Below are positions 46,717-57,312 of a DNA stretch of 64,000 nt, piece after piece (the first letter of the stretch is position 1; every line of letters starts with the position of its first letter). Position numbers and translations under genes: made by a program. Origin of the DNA: an uncultured Bacilli bacterium (lineage in GTDB: Bacteria; Bacillota_I; Bacilli_A; RF39; UBA660). Location: contig CAKOXO010000002.1 of the NCBI GenBank assembly GCA_934130165.1, positions 261,632 to 325,631 on the forward strand, in the 5' to 3' direction. The notes below the pieces were generated by a model. It had not been told where the DNA came from and did not search any database. It was given only the letters and a program-made list of their open reading frames with translations.

Positions 46717-47346
46717 ATGGAAGAATTATTTGAAAATATTACCAAAAATAATAAAGAAAAAATATGTAATTTTTTAGAAACCTTGATATGTACTTTTCCT
46801 AAAAATACCAACGTTTTTTCTAAAATAAAAAGTACAATTGACCTTGCTTATATAGAGTATGGTTCCATAAAAATAATAAAAAATGATTATAATGGAAATA
46901 GTACAATAGTTGACACTTTATATGAAGGAGATATTTTTGGTAATTTAATTTTTCCTATTTCTAATGATGATTATGAACTTATTACCTGTGAAGATACCAA
47001 AATTATACTATTTGATTATAATTTAATACTAAATACTTCTGATGTTAAATACACATATTATAATCAATTTGTAAGGAATCTTTTAAAAATAATGGCAAAA
47101 AAAATAGAAGAAAATAATGATAGATTAGAAATTTTAAGTAAGCGAAGTATTAGAGATAAATTATTAGAATATTTTAAAATCTCTAGAAAAAAAACTGGTT
47201 CTAAAATAATATACCTACCTATTAGTTTTACAAGTCTTGCAGATTATTTGGTAGTTGATAGAAGTGCAATGTCTAGAGAAATAAAATTTCTAAAAGATGA
47301 AGGTTTTATAAAAGTTGACAATAAAAAAATAACTATTCTTTATTGA
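46717..47346 (+). CDS. Crp/Fnr-family transcriptional regulator
   Basis: cNMP-binding-like beta-roll (YEGDIFGNLIF) and C-terminal HTH (SFTSLADYLVVDRSAMSREIKFLKDEGFI). The ATG at 46717 follows GAAGGTG. Confidence 0.8.
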   Translation: MEELFENITKNNKEKICNFLETLICTFPKNTNVFSKIKSTIDLAYIEYGSIKIIKNDYNGNSTIVDTLYEGDIFGNLIFPISNDDYELITCEDTKIILFDYNLILNTSDVKYTYYNQFVRNLLKIMAKKIEENNDRLEILSKRSIRDKLLEYFKISRKKTGSKIIYLPISFTSLADYLVVDRSAMSREIKFLKDEGFIKVDNKKITILY

Positions 47347-47669
47347 TAGTTATTTTTTTCAAATGATATAAGTTTCATTCCTTTATATGTCAGCTTTCCA
47401 ACATCACCTTCGATCAATAGTCCATAGTAATCTGATTCAACAAGTAATTCAACCCTACTTTTATCACTAAGTTCAAAAGTAATGTAATAACTAGTATATA
47501 TAGTAGAATCTGAAAAGTTAGACATTTCCTGCCTCTTTCCTAATACTTTTGCACTATCTGTTTTTACGTTGGCAGTAGCTTGCTTAATACCGGAAATAAT
47601 AATTGAGCATGCTACTAGAAGTGTTGCTAAAATAATAACTATAATCACTATTATATTAAAATATTCCAT
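47340..47669 (-). CDS. DUF2500-like small membrane-anchored protein
   Basis: 109 aa with an N-terminal TM, then YYITFELSDKSRVELLVESDYYGLLIEGDVGKLTYKG. Confidence 0.55.
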   Translation of the reverse strand: MEYFNIIVIIVIILATLLVACSIIISGIKQATANVKTDSAKVLGKRQEMSNFSDSTIYTSYYITFELSDKSRVELLVESDYYGLLIEGDVGKLTYKGMKLISFEKNNYQ

Positions 47670-47687
47670 ATCCTTTTACCTCCCTTT

Positions 47688-49835
47688 TTATCTTTCAATT
47701 AAACTTAGACTAACCTTTTCTGTTTCTACCTTTATATCATCTACATAGCAATCTACTATATCCCCTACTGAAAATAAATCGGATGGATGTTTTATAAATT
47801 GGTTACTAAGTTTTGAAATATGAGCTAAGCCATCATTATGTAGTCCAATATCAATAAACAAACCAAAGTCAACAACATTACGTACTGTTCCTTGAAGCTT
47901 ATCCCCTACGTGTAAATCTTCTATATGTAAAACATCACTTTTTAAAATAGGTTTTGGCATATCATCTCTAGGATCTCTTTCAGGTGATATCAAACTTTTT
48001 ACAATATCTTCTAATGTATATTTATCAATATCTAATTCCTTAGACTTTTTATCTATATCAATATCTTTTAAAGCATTTTTTAATTCATCAGATCCAATAC
48101 TAGCTACATCAAATGATAAACTATTTAACAATCTAATAGTAGCATCATAACTTTCTGGATGAATTGATGTTTTATCAAGTGGATTAACTCCATCAAGTAT
48201 TCTCATAAAACCAATTGATTGTTCATAAACTTTTGGAGTGATTCCTTTTAGTTTTTTTATTTCATCACGGGTAGTAAATTTTCCTTCATCATTTCTTCTA
48301 TTTAAAATTGCGTCTATAGATCTTTTTGAAAGTCCAGATACATATGACAATAAACTACGTGAAGCTGTATTTATATTTACTCCTACACTATTAACACACT
48401 TTTCTACAACAAATTTTAATGATTCATCTAACTTTTTAGGAGTAACATCATGTTGATATAATCCTACTCCTATACTTTTAGGATCTATTTTTACAAGTTC
48501 TGATAAAGAATCTTGCAATCTTCTACCAATACTAATGGCACTACGTTTTTCTACAGTTAAGTCAGGAAATTCTTCTATAGCAAGTTTAGATGCAGAATAT
48601 ACTGAAGCTCCTGCTTCATTTACAATAATATAATCAACATGTCTTTTAGCCTCTTTAATAACACCAGCTATAAACGATTCAGATTCTCTAGATGCTGTTC
48701 CATTTCCTATAGCAATAATATCAATATTATATTTATCAATAAGCTCTAATACTTTCTTTTTTGACTCTTCTATCTTTAAGTGGGGTTCAGTTGGATATAT
48801 TACTGCAATTTCTAGTGGCTTACCTGTTTTATCTAATACTGCAAGTTTACATCCAGTTCTAAAAGCAGGATCATAACCTAGCACCACTTTTTCTTTCATT
48901 GGTGGAGTTAATAATAGATTTTCCACATTAGTTGAAAAGTTATTTATAGAAGCAATTTCAGCATTTTCTTTTAATTCGGCTCTTATTTCTCTTTCAACAC
49001 TAGGTAATATCAATCTCTTTAGTGAATCTACTATAGCATTTTTTACTATATCAACAACAAAACTTTTATTATTTTTAATTAACTTTTTTTCCAAGAAAGA
49101 TATAATATTATCTTTATCATAGTCTAATGAAACTGATAAAACACCTTCCTTTTCGCCTCTATTCATGGCCATAATTCTATGAGGTTTTACATATTTTACA
49201 ACCTCACTATAATCATAATACATTTCATAAACTTTATTAGAATCTTCCGCTTTTTTCTTTATTTTTGAAGTTATAGTGGCATTTTTAAATAAATAATTTC
49301 TAATATATTTTCGATATGATGCATTATCACTAATCCATTCTGCAATAATATAAGATGCTCCTTCTACTGCTTTTTCAGTATCAGAAACATTTTCATTTAT
49401 ATATGGTTTTGCTAGCTCCTCTATACTTCCATTAATAGGGAATGACATTATTTTTTTTGCTAACGGCTCTAATCCATTTTTTATAGCATCTGTTGCCTTT
49501 GTTTTTTTCTTTTCTTTATATGGTCTATATAAATCTTCTACTTCTACTAATTTAGAACAAGCTAAAATAGTATTTTTTAATTCTTCTGTTAGGAGTCCTT
49601 TTTCATCAATAAGTCTAATGACATCTTCTTTTCTTTTTAATAGATTAAGTTGATATTCATAAACTTCATTTATTTTTCTTATAACTTCCTCATCTAATGC
49701 ACCAGTTGCTTCTTTTCTATATCTAGCAATAAAAGGAATTGTATTACCATCACTAAGTAATTCTAAAACTGTTGTTACTTGTTTTTCACTAATACCTAAA
49801 TCCCTACCAATTTCTTTTATTATTGTATCATTCAT
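47688..49835 (-). CDS. tex: Tex-like RNA-binding transcriptional accessory protein
   Basis: TIPFIARYRKEATG, a YqgF/RuvC-like centre, HhH, and a C-terminal S1 domain (GDKLQGTVRNVVDFGLFIDIG). Confidence 0.9.
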   Translation of the reverse strand: MNDTIIKEIGRDLGISEKQVTTVLELLSDGNTIPFIARYRKEATGALDEEVIRKINEVYEYQLNLLKRKEDVIRLIDEKGLLTEELKNTILACSKLVEVEDLYRPYKEKKKTKATDAIKNGLEPLAKKIMSFPINGSIEELAKPYINENVSDTEKAVEGASYIIAEWISDNASYRKYIRNYLFKNATITSKIKKKAEDSNKVYEMYYDYSEVVKYVKPHRIMAMNRGEKEGVLSVSLDYDKDNIISFLEKKLIKNNKSFVVDIVKNAIVDSLKRLILPSVEREIRAELKENAEIASINNFSTNVENLLLTPPMKEKVVLGYDPAFRTGCKLAVLDKTGKPLEIAVIYPTEPHLKIEESKKKVLELIDKYNIDIIAIGNGTASRESESFIAGVIKEAKRHVDYIIVNEAGASVYSASKLAIEEFPDLTVEKRSAISIGRRLQDSLSELVKIDPKSIGVGLYQHDVTPKKLDESLKFVVEKCVNSVGVNINTASRSLLSYVSGLSKRSIDAILNRRNDEGKFTTRDEIKKLKGITPKVYEQSIGFMRILDGVNPLDKTSIHPESYDATIRLLNSLSFDVASIGSDELKNALKDIDIDKKSKELDIDKYTLEDIVKSLISPERDPRDDMPKPILKSDVLHIEDLHVGDKLQGTVRNVVDFGLFIDIGLHNDGLAHISKLSNQFIKHPSDLFSVGDIVDCYVDDIKVETEKVSLSLIER

Positions 49836-49901
49836 ATTTACACCTCATATTCATCATATCAAAATAAAAAAATAATTTAAAGTATTGACATACCCAAATT
49901 A

Positions 49902-50210
49902 TTAATGTTCATCTCCGTTATGGTCCATAGCTTTTAATCTTTGTTTAACCATAAGTATAAGTTTTATAGGGGCATCTATTTTATTAAGTACCAATAAACT
50001 ATCCTGAAGTTTTGTTTTTAAAGAAAGCTCATCATTTATTTTTTCAGCCTCCTTTTTATAATCATAATTATCTATAGGATTGGTTTCAATATAGTCTCTA
50101 ATATAATTTTCTATATCTTTTAAGACATATATTTTTAAATCATATTCATCCATTTCTCTTATTCCATAATATCCACCAACTAGATATTTAAATTCATCTT
50201 TTAAATTCAT
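49902..50210 (-). CDS. Hypothetical protein
   Basis: 102-aa ORF with no recognised motif. Confidence 0.45.
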   Translation of the reverse strand: MNLKDEFKYLVGGYYGIREMDEYDLKIYVLKDIENYIRDYIETNPIDNYDYKKEAEKINDELSLKTKLQDSLLVLNKIDAPIKLILMVKQRLKAMDHNGDEH

Positions 50211-50276
50211 ATTAATTACCTCTATTTAATTATACAATATTTCCAACCTCAAGAAAAGATAAGGACTTAATATTCC

Positions 50277-51014
50277 TTATCTTCCTTTTCTTAGTAATTC
50301 AAATTTTACATTAGTTAAAACTCCAACATTCCAAGCTTCACTAGCTGAATTATAAGCTAAATCAAGAACAAATTTTCTTCCTTCACCAATTCCTATATTT
50401 TTATCTCCATTATCACGAACAATTACATTCATAACACTACCATTCGATAATGTACATCTTAAAATACTATATTTAGGAATTTGACTATTATTACTTGCAA
50501 CAATTCTAACAGTTCCATACTTAGAATCATAATCATATATACCATTTCCACCATTTTCTTTGGAACGTAAATCCCAACCTGTAGCAGTCCTATAAAGATG
50601 CCATATATTGTTATCATCAATCCAAGGTCCATAACCACTCATGTTACCATAGTAAGTTTCTAATGCATCAGGTGCATTTTCAGAAGGAGGAGCAACCGGC
50701 TGTTCTGGTACCTTGACAGATTCAGCCATTTTTTCCTTCATATCTTCATATTCTGTTTCTGTCTTTACAGTAGTAGCAACCTTTTGAACGGGTTTAACGT
50801 CTTCCTCTTTTTTTTCTTCTACTTTTTCTTCTTCCACCTCAGGGGTAGTTATATTTTCATCTACTTTAGAAATAAAACTAGTAGCAAGTGTTTTAGTATC
50901 GGCGTCGGAGTTTATTGTATTTGTTTTAACATTTACAGTCAAAAGAATAACAGGTAATGAAAAAAGTAATACCCAATTTATAACACTAAAAATTTTTCCA
51001 TTTCTTTTCTTCAT
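50277..51014 (-). CDS. Secreted/membrane-anchored protein with C-terminal 3D/RlpA-like (DPBB) domain
   Basis: Signal/anchor FSVINWVLLFSLPVILLTV, an E/K-rich linker, then VRIVASNNSQIPKYSIL...VIVRDNGD...VLDLAYNSA, loosely 3D/DPBB-like. Confidence 0.4.
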   Translation of the reverse strand: MKKRNGKIFSVINWVLLFSLPVILLTVNVKTNTINSDADTKTLATSFISKVDENITTPEVEEEKVEEKKEEDVKPVQKVATTVKTETEYEDMKEKMAESVKVPEQPVAPPSENAPDALETYYGNMSGYGPWIDDNNIWHLYRTATGWDLRSKENGGNGIYDYDSKYGTVRIVASNNSQIPKYSILRCTLSNGSVMNVIVRDNGDKNIGIGEGRKFVLDLAYNSASEAWNVGVLTNVKFELLRKGR

Positions 51015-51109
51015 AATAAAAACTCCTCATATACATGTTAACATATATACAAAGAGTTTACAATAGATTGACATAAATTACCAAATAGGCAAGTGTCAAA
51101 AAAAGTAAA

Positions 51110-52210
51110 TTATCTTTTTTCACATTTATAACCAGTGGAAATCATTTCTGATTCAATTTTACTAATATCTTCTGATTTTTTAAATTCTCCTGGATAAACT
51201 CCACCTGCTTCAGTATAAGCAGAAGTCACTTTATTTAGATCAAGTTTTTCATAATCTAGGATTTGTTTATTACTATTAACTCCATTATTAAGACTACATG
51301 AGATGGTAACTCCATCAAGTTGTCCAGCTTCATCTTTTAATAACAAACATTTATCATTAAGAGCTTTTAATTCAGTGGCATCCTCTACTTTATCTCCAGT
51401 TGATACTGTATTATAGCTTAGTTTATACATTTGTTTATTAGAAAAATAAAACATTGCTTCTATATTTATATCTAGATTCTCACTAGTTTTCTTTAAAGAA
51501 CAAATTAAAGTACCATCACTTATATCTTGTTGGTTATTTTTCTCTTTTAACTCATTTATGTAGCTTGTTATTTCTGGCAAAAAGTAAATCATAGCCATAA
51601 GAGAAATAAAAAGTAAAACAGCCAAAACTCGCTTAAAAGTAGTTGGTCCGCCTTCATTAGAAGCAGCTTGATCAGATTTAGGTTCATTTGACGCAACACT
51701 TTTTGATGCTTGAAGATGCATATTTGTTTGTGCAACATTTGAAGATGCTGCTTGTTCATTTATAAGCTTTTGTTGTTCCCTTCTTTTGGCTTCTTCCTCT
51801 AATCTTTGTTGTTCTTGTTGTGCTTTTAAGGCTTCAGCCTGGGCGTTTTTTTGTGCTTCGATTTCTTGTTGTTTTCTTAACTTTTCAGCTTCTATTCGTT
51901 GCTTTTCCAAAGCTTCGGCTTCTTTTTGTTTCTGTTCTCTAATTTTGGCATCCTCTATTGCCTGTTGCTGAGCTTTTAATTCTGCTTCCCTTTTCTTTGC
52001 TTCTTCTTCAATTTTTTTTCTTTTTTCATTTTCAATTGCTTCTAATTGCTGTTCTTTAGAAACATTCTTAATTCTTTCCATTTGTTCAGATAAGGCCTCT
52101 TCATCACCACTAACAACCTCTTCTACTTCTTGCGATGAAAGTAGACTCTTATCTTTATTTTCTGCAGGAACCACTGGTGGTTGTTCTTCAACTATTTTTT
52201 TCTTTGCCAT
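51110..52210 (-). CDS. Membrane-anchored coiled-coil (E/K/Q-rich) protein
   Basis: 366 aa with about 130 aa of EAEKLRKQQEIEAQK-type heptads, a single TM (VLAVLLFISLMAMIYFL), and a ~150-aa C-terminal domain. Confidence 0.55.
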   Translation of the reverse strand: MAKKKIVEEQPPVVPAENKDKSLLSSQEVEEVVSGDEEALSEQMERIKNVSKEQQLEAIENEKRKKIEEEAKKREAELKAQQQAIEDAKIREQKQKEAEALEKQRIEAEKLRKQQEIEAQKNAQAEALKAQQEQQRLEEEAKRREQQKLINEQAASSNVAQTNMHLQASKSVASNEPKSDQAASNEGGPTTFKRVLAVLLFISLMAMIYFLPEITSYINELKEKNNQQDISDGTLICSLKKTSENLDINIEAMFYFSNKQMYKLSYNTVSTGDKVEDATELKALNDKCLLLKDEAGQLDGVTISCSLNNGVNSNKQILDYEKLDLNKVTSAYTEAGGVYPGEFKKSEDISKIESEMISTGYKCEKR

Positions 52211-52229
52211 ATCCCTTTCTCCTTTTTAT

Positions 52230-52856
52230 TCATCTCAAACTATCTATTTTTTCTTGTAGATCATCACCATTAATAATGTAACTACCAGATACTACTATAT
52301 CACAATCAGTACAGTATTTTTTTGTTCTATCATTAATGCCACCATCTACACTTATTTTAACATCACTATTATACTCTGATAATAATATTTTTAATTCTTT
52401 AATTTTATCTTTTGTCTTAACAATAAAATCTTGTCCTCCAGCACCAGGCTCTACTGACATTACTAATACAAGATCTAAAAGTGGTAAATAGGGAACCAAT
52501 TCTTTTATTTCAGTATCAGGACTTATTGCTAACCCACTTTTAATACCATATTCTTTGATTAATTGTAGATTTTTTTCTATATTTTCATCCGATTCAATAT
52601 GAAATGATATATATTCAGTATTTAGGCTTGCATAATCTTCTATATATTTTTTAGGATTTTTAACCATTAAGTGAACATCCAATCTCTTATTTGTATACTT
52701 ATATATATTTCTCATTTCCTTAAAAGGCATTGTCTTTTTCTTTACAAACTTGCCATCCATTATATCTACATGAATATAATCAGTATCTGTTTTATCTAAT
52801 TCTACTAAATCATGAATTAAATTTTTACTACTTAAAAAGGAAGTTGAAATTAACAT
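52230..52856 (-). CDS. rpe: Ribulose-phosphate 3-epimerase
   Basis: HVDIMDGKFV, HLMV, MSVEPGAGGQDF, VDGGI. Confidence 0.85.
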   Translation of the reverse strand: MLISTSFLSSKNLIHDLVELDKTDTDYIHVDIMDGKFVKKKTMPFKEMRNIYKYTNKRLDVHLMVKNPKKYIEDYASLNTEYISFHIESDENIEKNLQLIKEYGIKSGLAISPDTEIKELVPYLPLLDLVLVMSVEPGAGGQDFIVKTKDKIKELKILLSEYNSDVKISVDGGINDRTKKYCTDCDIVVSGSYIINGDDLQEKIDSLR

Positions 52857-52860
52857 ACAA

Positions 52861-53688
52861 TCACTTTCTTTCTATAAACTTCAAATAATTATCATATCTA
52901 CTCTTAATAATATTATTATCATTTACTGCTTTTTTTACCATACATTCTTCTTCTTTTTTATGCATACAGTCATTATATATACAAGGATAATTCCTAAATT
53001 CAATAAAGGCATCTCTAATATCGGCATCACTATATTCATATAAATCTAATGCTGAAAATCCAGGGGTATCAAGTACCTTACCATCACCAAATTCAAATAA
53101 TTCTACTACTCTTGTAGTATGTCTACCTCTTCCTAAAGCAATTGATACTTCTCCTGTTTCTAAATTCCAGTTAGGATTAAGTTTATTTAGCAAGGTAGAT
53201 TTTCCAGCTCCTGTCTGTCCAGTAAATACACTTGTTTTATTACTTAACATATCCTCTATTTTATCCAATTCATAATTAAATACTACTGTATACCCAATAT
53301 TTCTATAATATTTCAAAACTTCATTTATTTTAGACATTTCATTACTATCTACTAAATCACTTTTAGTAATACATATTATTGGAGTAACTTTATGAAGTTC
53401 CATCAAAACGATTAACTTATCTAATAAATTTAAAGAAAAATCTGGTGTTTTTAAACTTGTTATTAAAAATGCCTGATCTATATTAGAAACGCATGGTCTT
53501 TTAAATGAGTTTTTTCTAGGTAGAATTTCTTCAATAATTTTCTTTTCTTTATCAAATATTACATAATCTCCAACTTGTGGAATTGTTTTTTTCATCCTAA
53601 AACGACCCCTGCATTTACAACCTATCGTTTCATTATTATAACTAACAATATGAAGATCACTAATAATTTTAATAATTTGCCCTTTCAT
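52861..53688 (-). CDS. rsgA: Ribosome small-subunit-dependent GTPase A
   Basis: Circularly permuted GTPase with TKSDL, GQTGAGKSTLLN, RGRHTTR and a C-terminal Zn knuckle (CIYNDCMHKKEEEC). Confidence 0.88.
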   Translation of the reverse strand: MKGQIIKIISDLHIVSYNNETIGCKCRGRFRMKKTIPQVGDYVIFDKEKKIIEEILPRKNSFKRPCVSNIDQAFLITSLKTPDFSLNLLDKLIVLMELHKVTPIICITKSDLVDSNEMSKINEVLKYYRNIGYTVVFNYELDKIEDMLSNKTSVFTGQTGAGKSTLLNKLNPNWNLETGEVSIALGRGRHTTRVVELFEFGDGKVLDTPGFSALDLYEYSDADIRDAFIEFRNYPCIYNDCMHKKEEECMVKKAVNDNNIIKSRYDNYLKFIERK

Positions 53689-53696
53689 TAATCTAC

Positions 53697-55469
53697 CTAC
53701 TCGTCTTTTTGTTGTTCACTATTAGGTGTACTAGGAGTATTAGAAGGAGTACTGTCTGATTTTGTTGTATCTTTCTTTTCTGTAGGTTTAGCTGCTACAT
53801 CAACTGTTAAAGTAGAACCTTCTACTACATCACTACCTTTTCTTAATGATTGAGAAATAACTTTACCTTCTTCATAAGCTGAAGTTTCTACATAATTAGC
53901 TTTAATAGTTAATCCATATTTTTTACAGAAAGCAACTGCTTCATCATAAGTATAACCTTCACCAACCATATCAGGGAATGTTTCTATTAAGTTAGGTATA
54001 TATAATGTAATAGAGTCACCTTTTTTAACTTCAGAACCTTTTGCTAAAGATTGTCCTATTATTGTATCTTCTTCATAGTCTCCATCTCTTACATCTTTCT
54101 TTTCTATTGTAACAACTAATTTATATTTGGTTTCTAGGATTGTTTGTACTTCAATATAATTTTTACCAGTATAATCACCTAATTTATATGTTTTTTCACC
54201 TGCTGATTTATATAAAGTAACTTTACTACCAATTTTTACTTTCTTACCCTTTGCAGGATTAGTTTTAACAATTCTTCCTTTATCTACCTTTTTATCAGTA
54301 ACTGATTTTATTGAGGTATTAACCTCTAATCCTAAATCCTCTAATTTAGATGTTGCTTTACTAACAGTTAAACCTTTTACACTAGGTATTGTTACTTCTT
54401 TAGATTTAGTAACACTAGGAATGATAAAGAATATTGTTGCAAGTAAGAGAATAATTCCTCCAAAAACACAAGATAGTATAATTATAATTTTTTTGTTCTT
54501 TTTTTCTGATGCATCTAAATCATCAATTTTTTCTGCTATTTGATCATCAGTTTCATCTTCTAATTCTTCTAGTTTTTTTATTCTTTTTGTATTTTCTGAT
54601 TCATGTTCAGGATATTTATATACATATGGTGCTTCATCCATTCTATCATCATCTAAAGCAGTTAATAAATCATCATGCATGCTTCTAGCATCATCATATC
54701 TATTTTTAGGATTCTTGGCAGTAGCTTTCATAATGATATTTTCTATGCTTTGTGGAATATTTGGATTATCTTCTTTTAGACTAGGTAGAGGATCTCTCAT
54801 ATGTTTTAAAGCTATTTCTACAGCATTATCACCTTTAAATGGAAGCTTTCCAGTAAGTAATTCATAAAAAATTATACCTAGAGAGTAAATATCACTTTTT
54901 GTTGTTGATCCTTTTCCACTTGCTTGTTCTGGTGGTAAATAATGAACTGAACCCATTACTGAATTAGTTTGAGTAAGTTGGGTAGAATTAAGTGCCATAG
55001 CAATTCCAAAATCAGTTATTTTTATTTGACCATCATCTTGAATCATAATATTTTGTGGTTTTAAATCTCTATGAATAATATAAGAGTCATGCGCATGAGC
55101 CATACCATCTGTTAATTGAAGCATTATATCTATTGCTTCTGATAAAGTAACAGTTCCTCTTTTCTTAAGTAATTGCTTTAATGTTTTTCCCTCTACATAT
55201 TCCATAACTATATAGTAAAGGCCGTTATCCTCTCCAACATCATACATCTCTACAATATTAGGATGAGAAAGGCTAGAGGCTGATAATGCTTCTCTTTGGA
55301 ATCTTCTAACAAATTTCTCATCATTTGACAAATCACCTCTTAGTACCTTTATAGCCACATTACGATCTAGTATTTCATCATATCCAAGGTAAACATTAGC
55401 CATTCCGCCTTCACCAATACTCTTTATAATTTCATAACGATCATTAATTTTTTGCCCCTTTGTTATCAT
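53697..55469 (-). CDS. prkC: Ser/Thr protein kinase with PASTA repeats
   Basis: HRDLKPQNIM, DFGIA, a TM helix, then three PASTA-like repeats. The ATG at 55469 follows GAAGGTGGA, 1 nt after the stp stop. Confidence 0.9.
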   Translation of the reverse strand: MITKGQKINDRYEIIKSIGEGGMANVYLGYDEILDRNVAIKVLRGDLSNDEKFVRRFQREALSASSLSHPNIVEMYDVGEDNGLYYIVMEYVEGKTLKQLLKKRGTVTLSEAIDIMLQLTDGMAHAHDSYIIHRDLKPQNIMIQDDGQIKITDFGIAMALNSTQLTQTNSVMGSVHYLPPEQASGKGSTTKSDIYSLGIIFYELLTGKLPFKGDNAVEIALKHMRDPLPSLKEDNPNIPQSIENIIMKATAKNPKNRYDDARSMHDDLLTALDDDRMDEAPYVYKYPEHESENTKRIKKLEELEDETDDQIAEKIDDLDASEKKNKKIIIILSCVFGGIILLLATIFFIIPSVTKSKEVTIPSVKGLTVSKATSKLEDLGLEVNTSIKSVTDKKVDKGRIVKTNPAKGKKVKIGSKVTLYKSAGEKTYKLGDYTGKNYIEVQTILETKYKLVVTIEKKDVRDGDYEEDTIIGQSLAKGSEVKKGDSITLYIPNLIETFPDMVGEGYTYDEAVAFCKKYGLTIKANYVETSAYEEGKVISQSLRKGSDVVEGSTLTVDVAAKPTEKKDTTKSDSTPSNTPSTPNSEQQKDE

Positions 55470-55470
55470 A

Positions 55471-56217
55471 CTAAATTCCACCTTCTTTTTCACGAATTAA
55501 ATATGCTACTGATATATTATCAGTACCGCCTCTATTATTAGCTTTACGAATAAGTCTAATTACTTTTTCTTCTATATCTAAATCATCACTTAATAGAACT
55601 TTTTCTATTTGTTGTTGTTCTAACATATTAGTAAGACCATCACTGCATAACATAATTTCGTCTATTTCCATATCACAATCAAATATATCTACATCAACTT
55701 TTGTTGATGCCCCAAGTGCTTTCATTAAAACATTTTTCTTTGGATGATCTTTAGCTTCTTCCTTAGTAAGTTCCCCAGCTGAAACTAATAAATTAACTAA
55801 AGTATGATCATAAGTAACTTTATGTAATGTGTCATCTTTCATAACAAATCCAGAAGAATCTCCAATATTTCCAAATAGTAAATAATCTTTTGTTAATATT
55901 GCCATTACTAGGGTTGTCCCCATTCCTTTACTCTCAGGATGATTTTTTTCATATTGGAATATTAAAGTATTAATTTCATTTACACAATCCCTAATCCAAT
56001 TAACTGAATCAACTTTACTCATATTAAGAAAAGTTTCGTTAAAGTGTTTTCCTAAATAACTTATAGCAATGGATGAAGCAACTTCTCCTGCTGAATGTCC
56101 ACCCATACCATCTGCTACAGCCATTAAATAATCATCATTAGAGTTTTTAACTATTATCACACTATCTTCATTGTGATCCCTTACTTTACCAGCATCTGTC
56201 AAGTAAAATGATTTCAT
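55471..56217 (-). CDS. stp: PP2C-type Ser/Thr phosphatase
   Basis: RDHNEDS, AVADGMGGHSAGEVAS, CSDGLTN, GGTDNISV. Confidence 0.9.
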   Translation of the reverse strand: MKSFYLTDAGKVRDHNEDSVIIVKNSNDDYLMAVADGMGGHSAGEVASSIAISYLGKHFNETFLNMSKVDSVNWIRDCVNEINTLIFQYEKNHPESKGMGTTLVMAILTKDYLLFGNIGDSSGFVMKDDTLHKVTYDHTLVNLLVSAGELTKEEAKDHPKKNVLMKALGASTKVDVDIFDCDMEIDEIMLCSDGLTNMLEQQQIEKVLLSDDLDIEEKVIRLIRKANNRGGTDNISVAYLIREKEGGI

Positions 56218-57236
56218 AAAGTTTCCTCCTTACTTCTTAGTTGTCCACATGCAGCACTTATATTACTACCAAATTCACGCCTTATTGTTACGTTTATCTT
56301 ATTCTTCTTTAGTATATCATAAAATTTCATAATTTGTATAGTTTTACTACGATTAAAACCTAAATTTTCAGTATAATTATATGGTATTAGATTTACATAA
56401 GCATTAAGACCTTTTATCAATTTAGCAAGACATAAAGCATGTTCTTCTTGATCATTTATACCATCTAATAAAATATATTCAAAAGTAAGTCTACGATTAG
56501 TTTTTTCTATATATTTTTTTAGTGTTTTCATAAGTTTATCTAATGGATAAGCTTTATTTATTGGCATAATACTACTTCTTAGCTCATCATTAGGTGCATG
56601 AAGTGAAATAGCTAAATTTACTTGATATGGAAAATTCATAAATTCCTCTATTTTTGGTATTATTCCACATGTTGATACTGTAATATGTCTACTACCTATT
56701 TGTAATCCCTTTGGATGATTAATTATTTTAATAAATCTAGTAACATTTTCATAGTTATCAAATGGCTCACCTATTCCCATAACTACTACATGGGATATCC
56801 TCTGTTTTATATCATCTTCAACTTGTAATATTTGTAAAACCATTTCATATGTTTCTAAATTTCTAACTTTTTTTCTTCTACCACTTTCACAAAATCTGCA
56901 TCCCATATTACAACCAACTTGACTAGAAACGCAAATACTATTTCCATAATCATGTCTCATTAAAACTGCTTCTATATGTTCAAAATCATTTAACTTAAAT
57001 AAGTATTTATTTACATCTAAATCTCTTTCTACCTTTACTATTTCTAATTTTTTAATACTATATTCCTGACTTAATTTATCTAGCATTTCTTTTTTTATAT
57101 TAGTTACTTCATCATAAGAATTAATACGTTTTTCATATAACCAATTAAAAAGTTGATCAGCATGAAATTTTTTACTATTATTTGAAATAAAATAATCTTC
57201 CATTTCTTCTATATCTAAATTATATATATTCTTCAC
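56214..57236 (-). CDS. rlmN: 23S rRNA/tRNA (adenine-C2)-methyltransferase
   Basis: Radical-SAM GCNMGCRFCESG and C-terminal ISAACGQL. Conserved position upstream of stp-prkC. Confidence 0.9.
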   Translation of the reverse strand: MKNIYNLDIEEMEDYFISNNSKKFHADQLFNWLYEKRINSYDEVTNIKKEMLDKLSQEYSIKKLEIVKVERDLDVNKYLFKLNDFEHIEAVLMRHDYGNSICVSSQVGCNMGCRFCESGRRKKVRNLETYEMVLQILQVEDDIKQRISHVVVMGIGEPFDNYENVTRFIKIINHPKGLQIGSRHITVSTCGIIPKIEEFMNFPYQVNLAISLHAPNDELRSSIMPINKAYPLDKLMKTLKKYIEKTNRRLTFEYILLDGINDQEEHALCLAKLIKGLNAYVNLIPYNYTENLGFNRSKTIQIMKFYDILKKNKINVTIRREFGSNISAACGQLRSKEETL

Positions 57237-57275
57237 TTATATCACCACACATAATACATATTATACTAATAAATC

Positions 57276-57312
57276 AAAAAAAAAGATAGCTAAATGAAAA
57301 ATATAACTATCT
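57276..57312 (-). terminator. Rho-independent terminator
   Basis: On the minus strand, an AGATAG...CTATCT hairpin is followed by T9 (plus-strand A-run at 57276-57284). Confidence 0.5.

Noticed and set aside
51750-52060. Quasi-repetitive GCTTC/TTGTTG-rich DNA suggestive of a tandem repeat.
   Set aside because: It is the coding sequence of an E/K/Q/A-rich coiled coil (…EAEKLRKQQEIEAQKNAQAEALKAQQEQQRLEEE…). The periodicity is imperfect and follows the codons.
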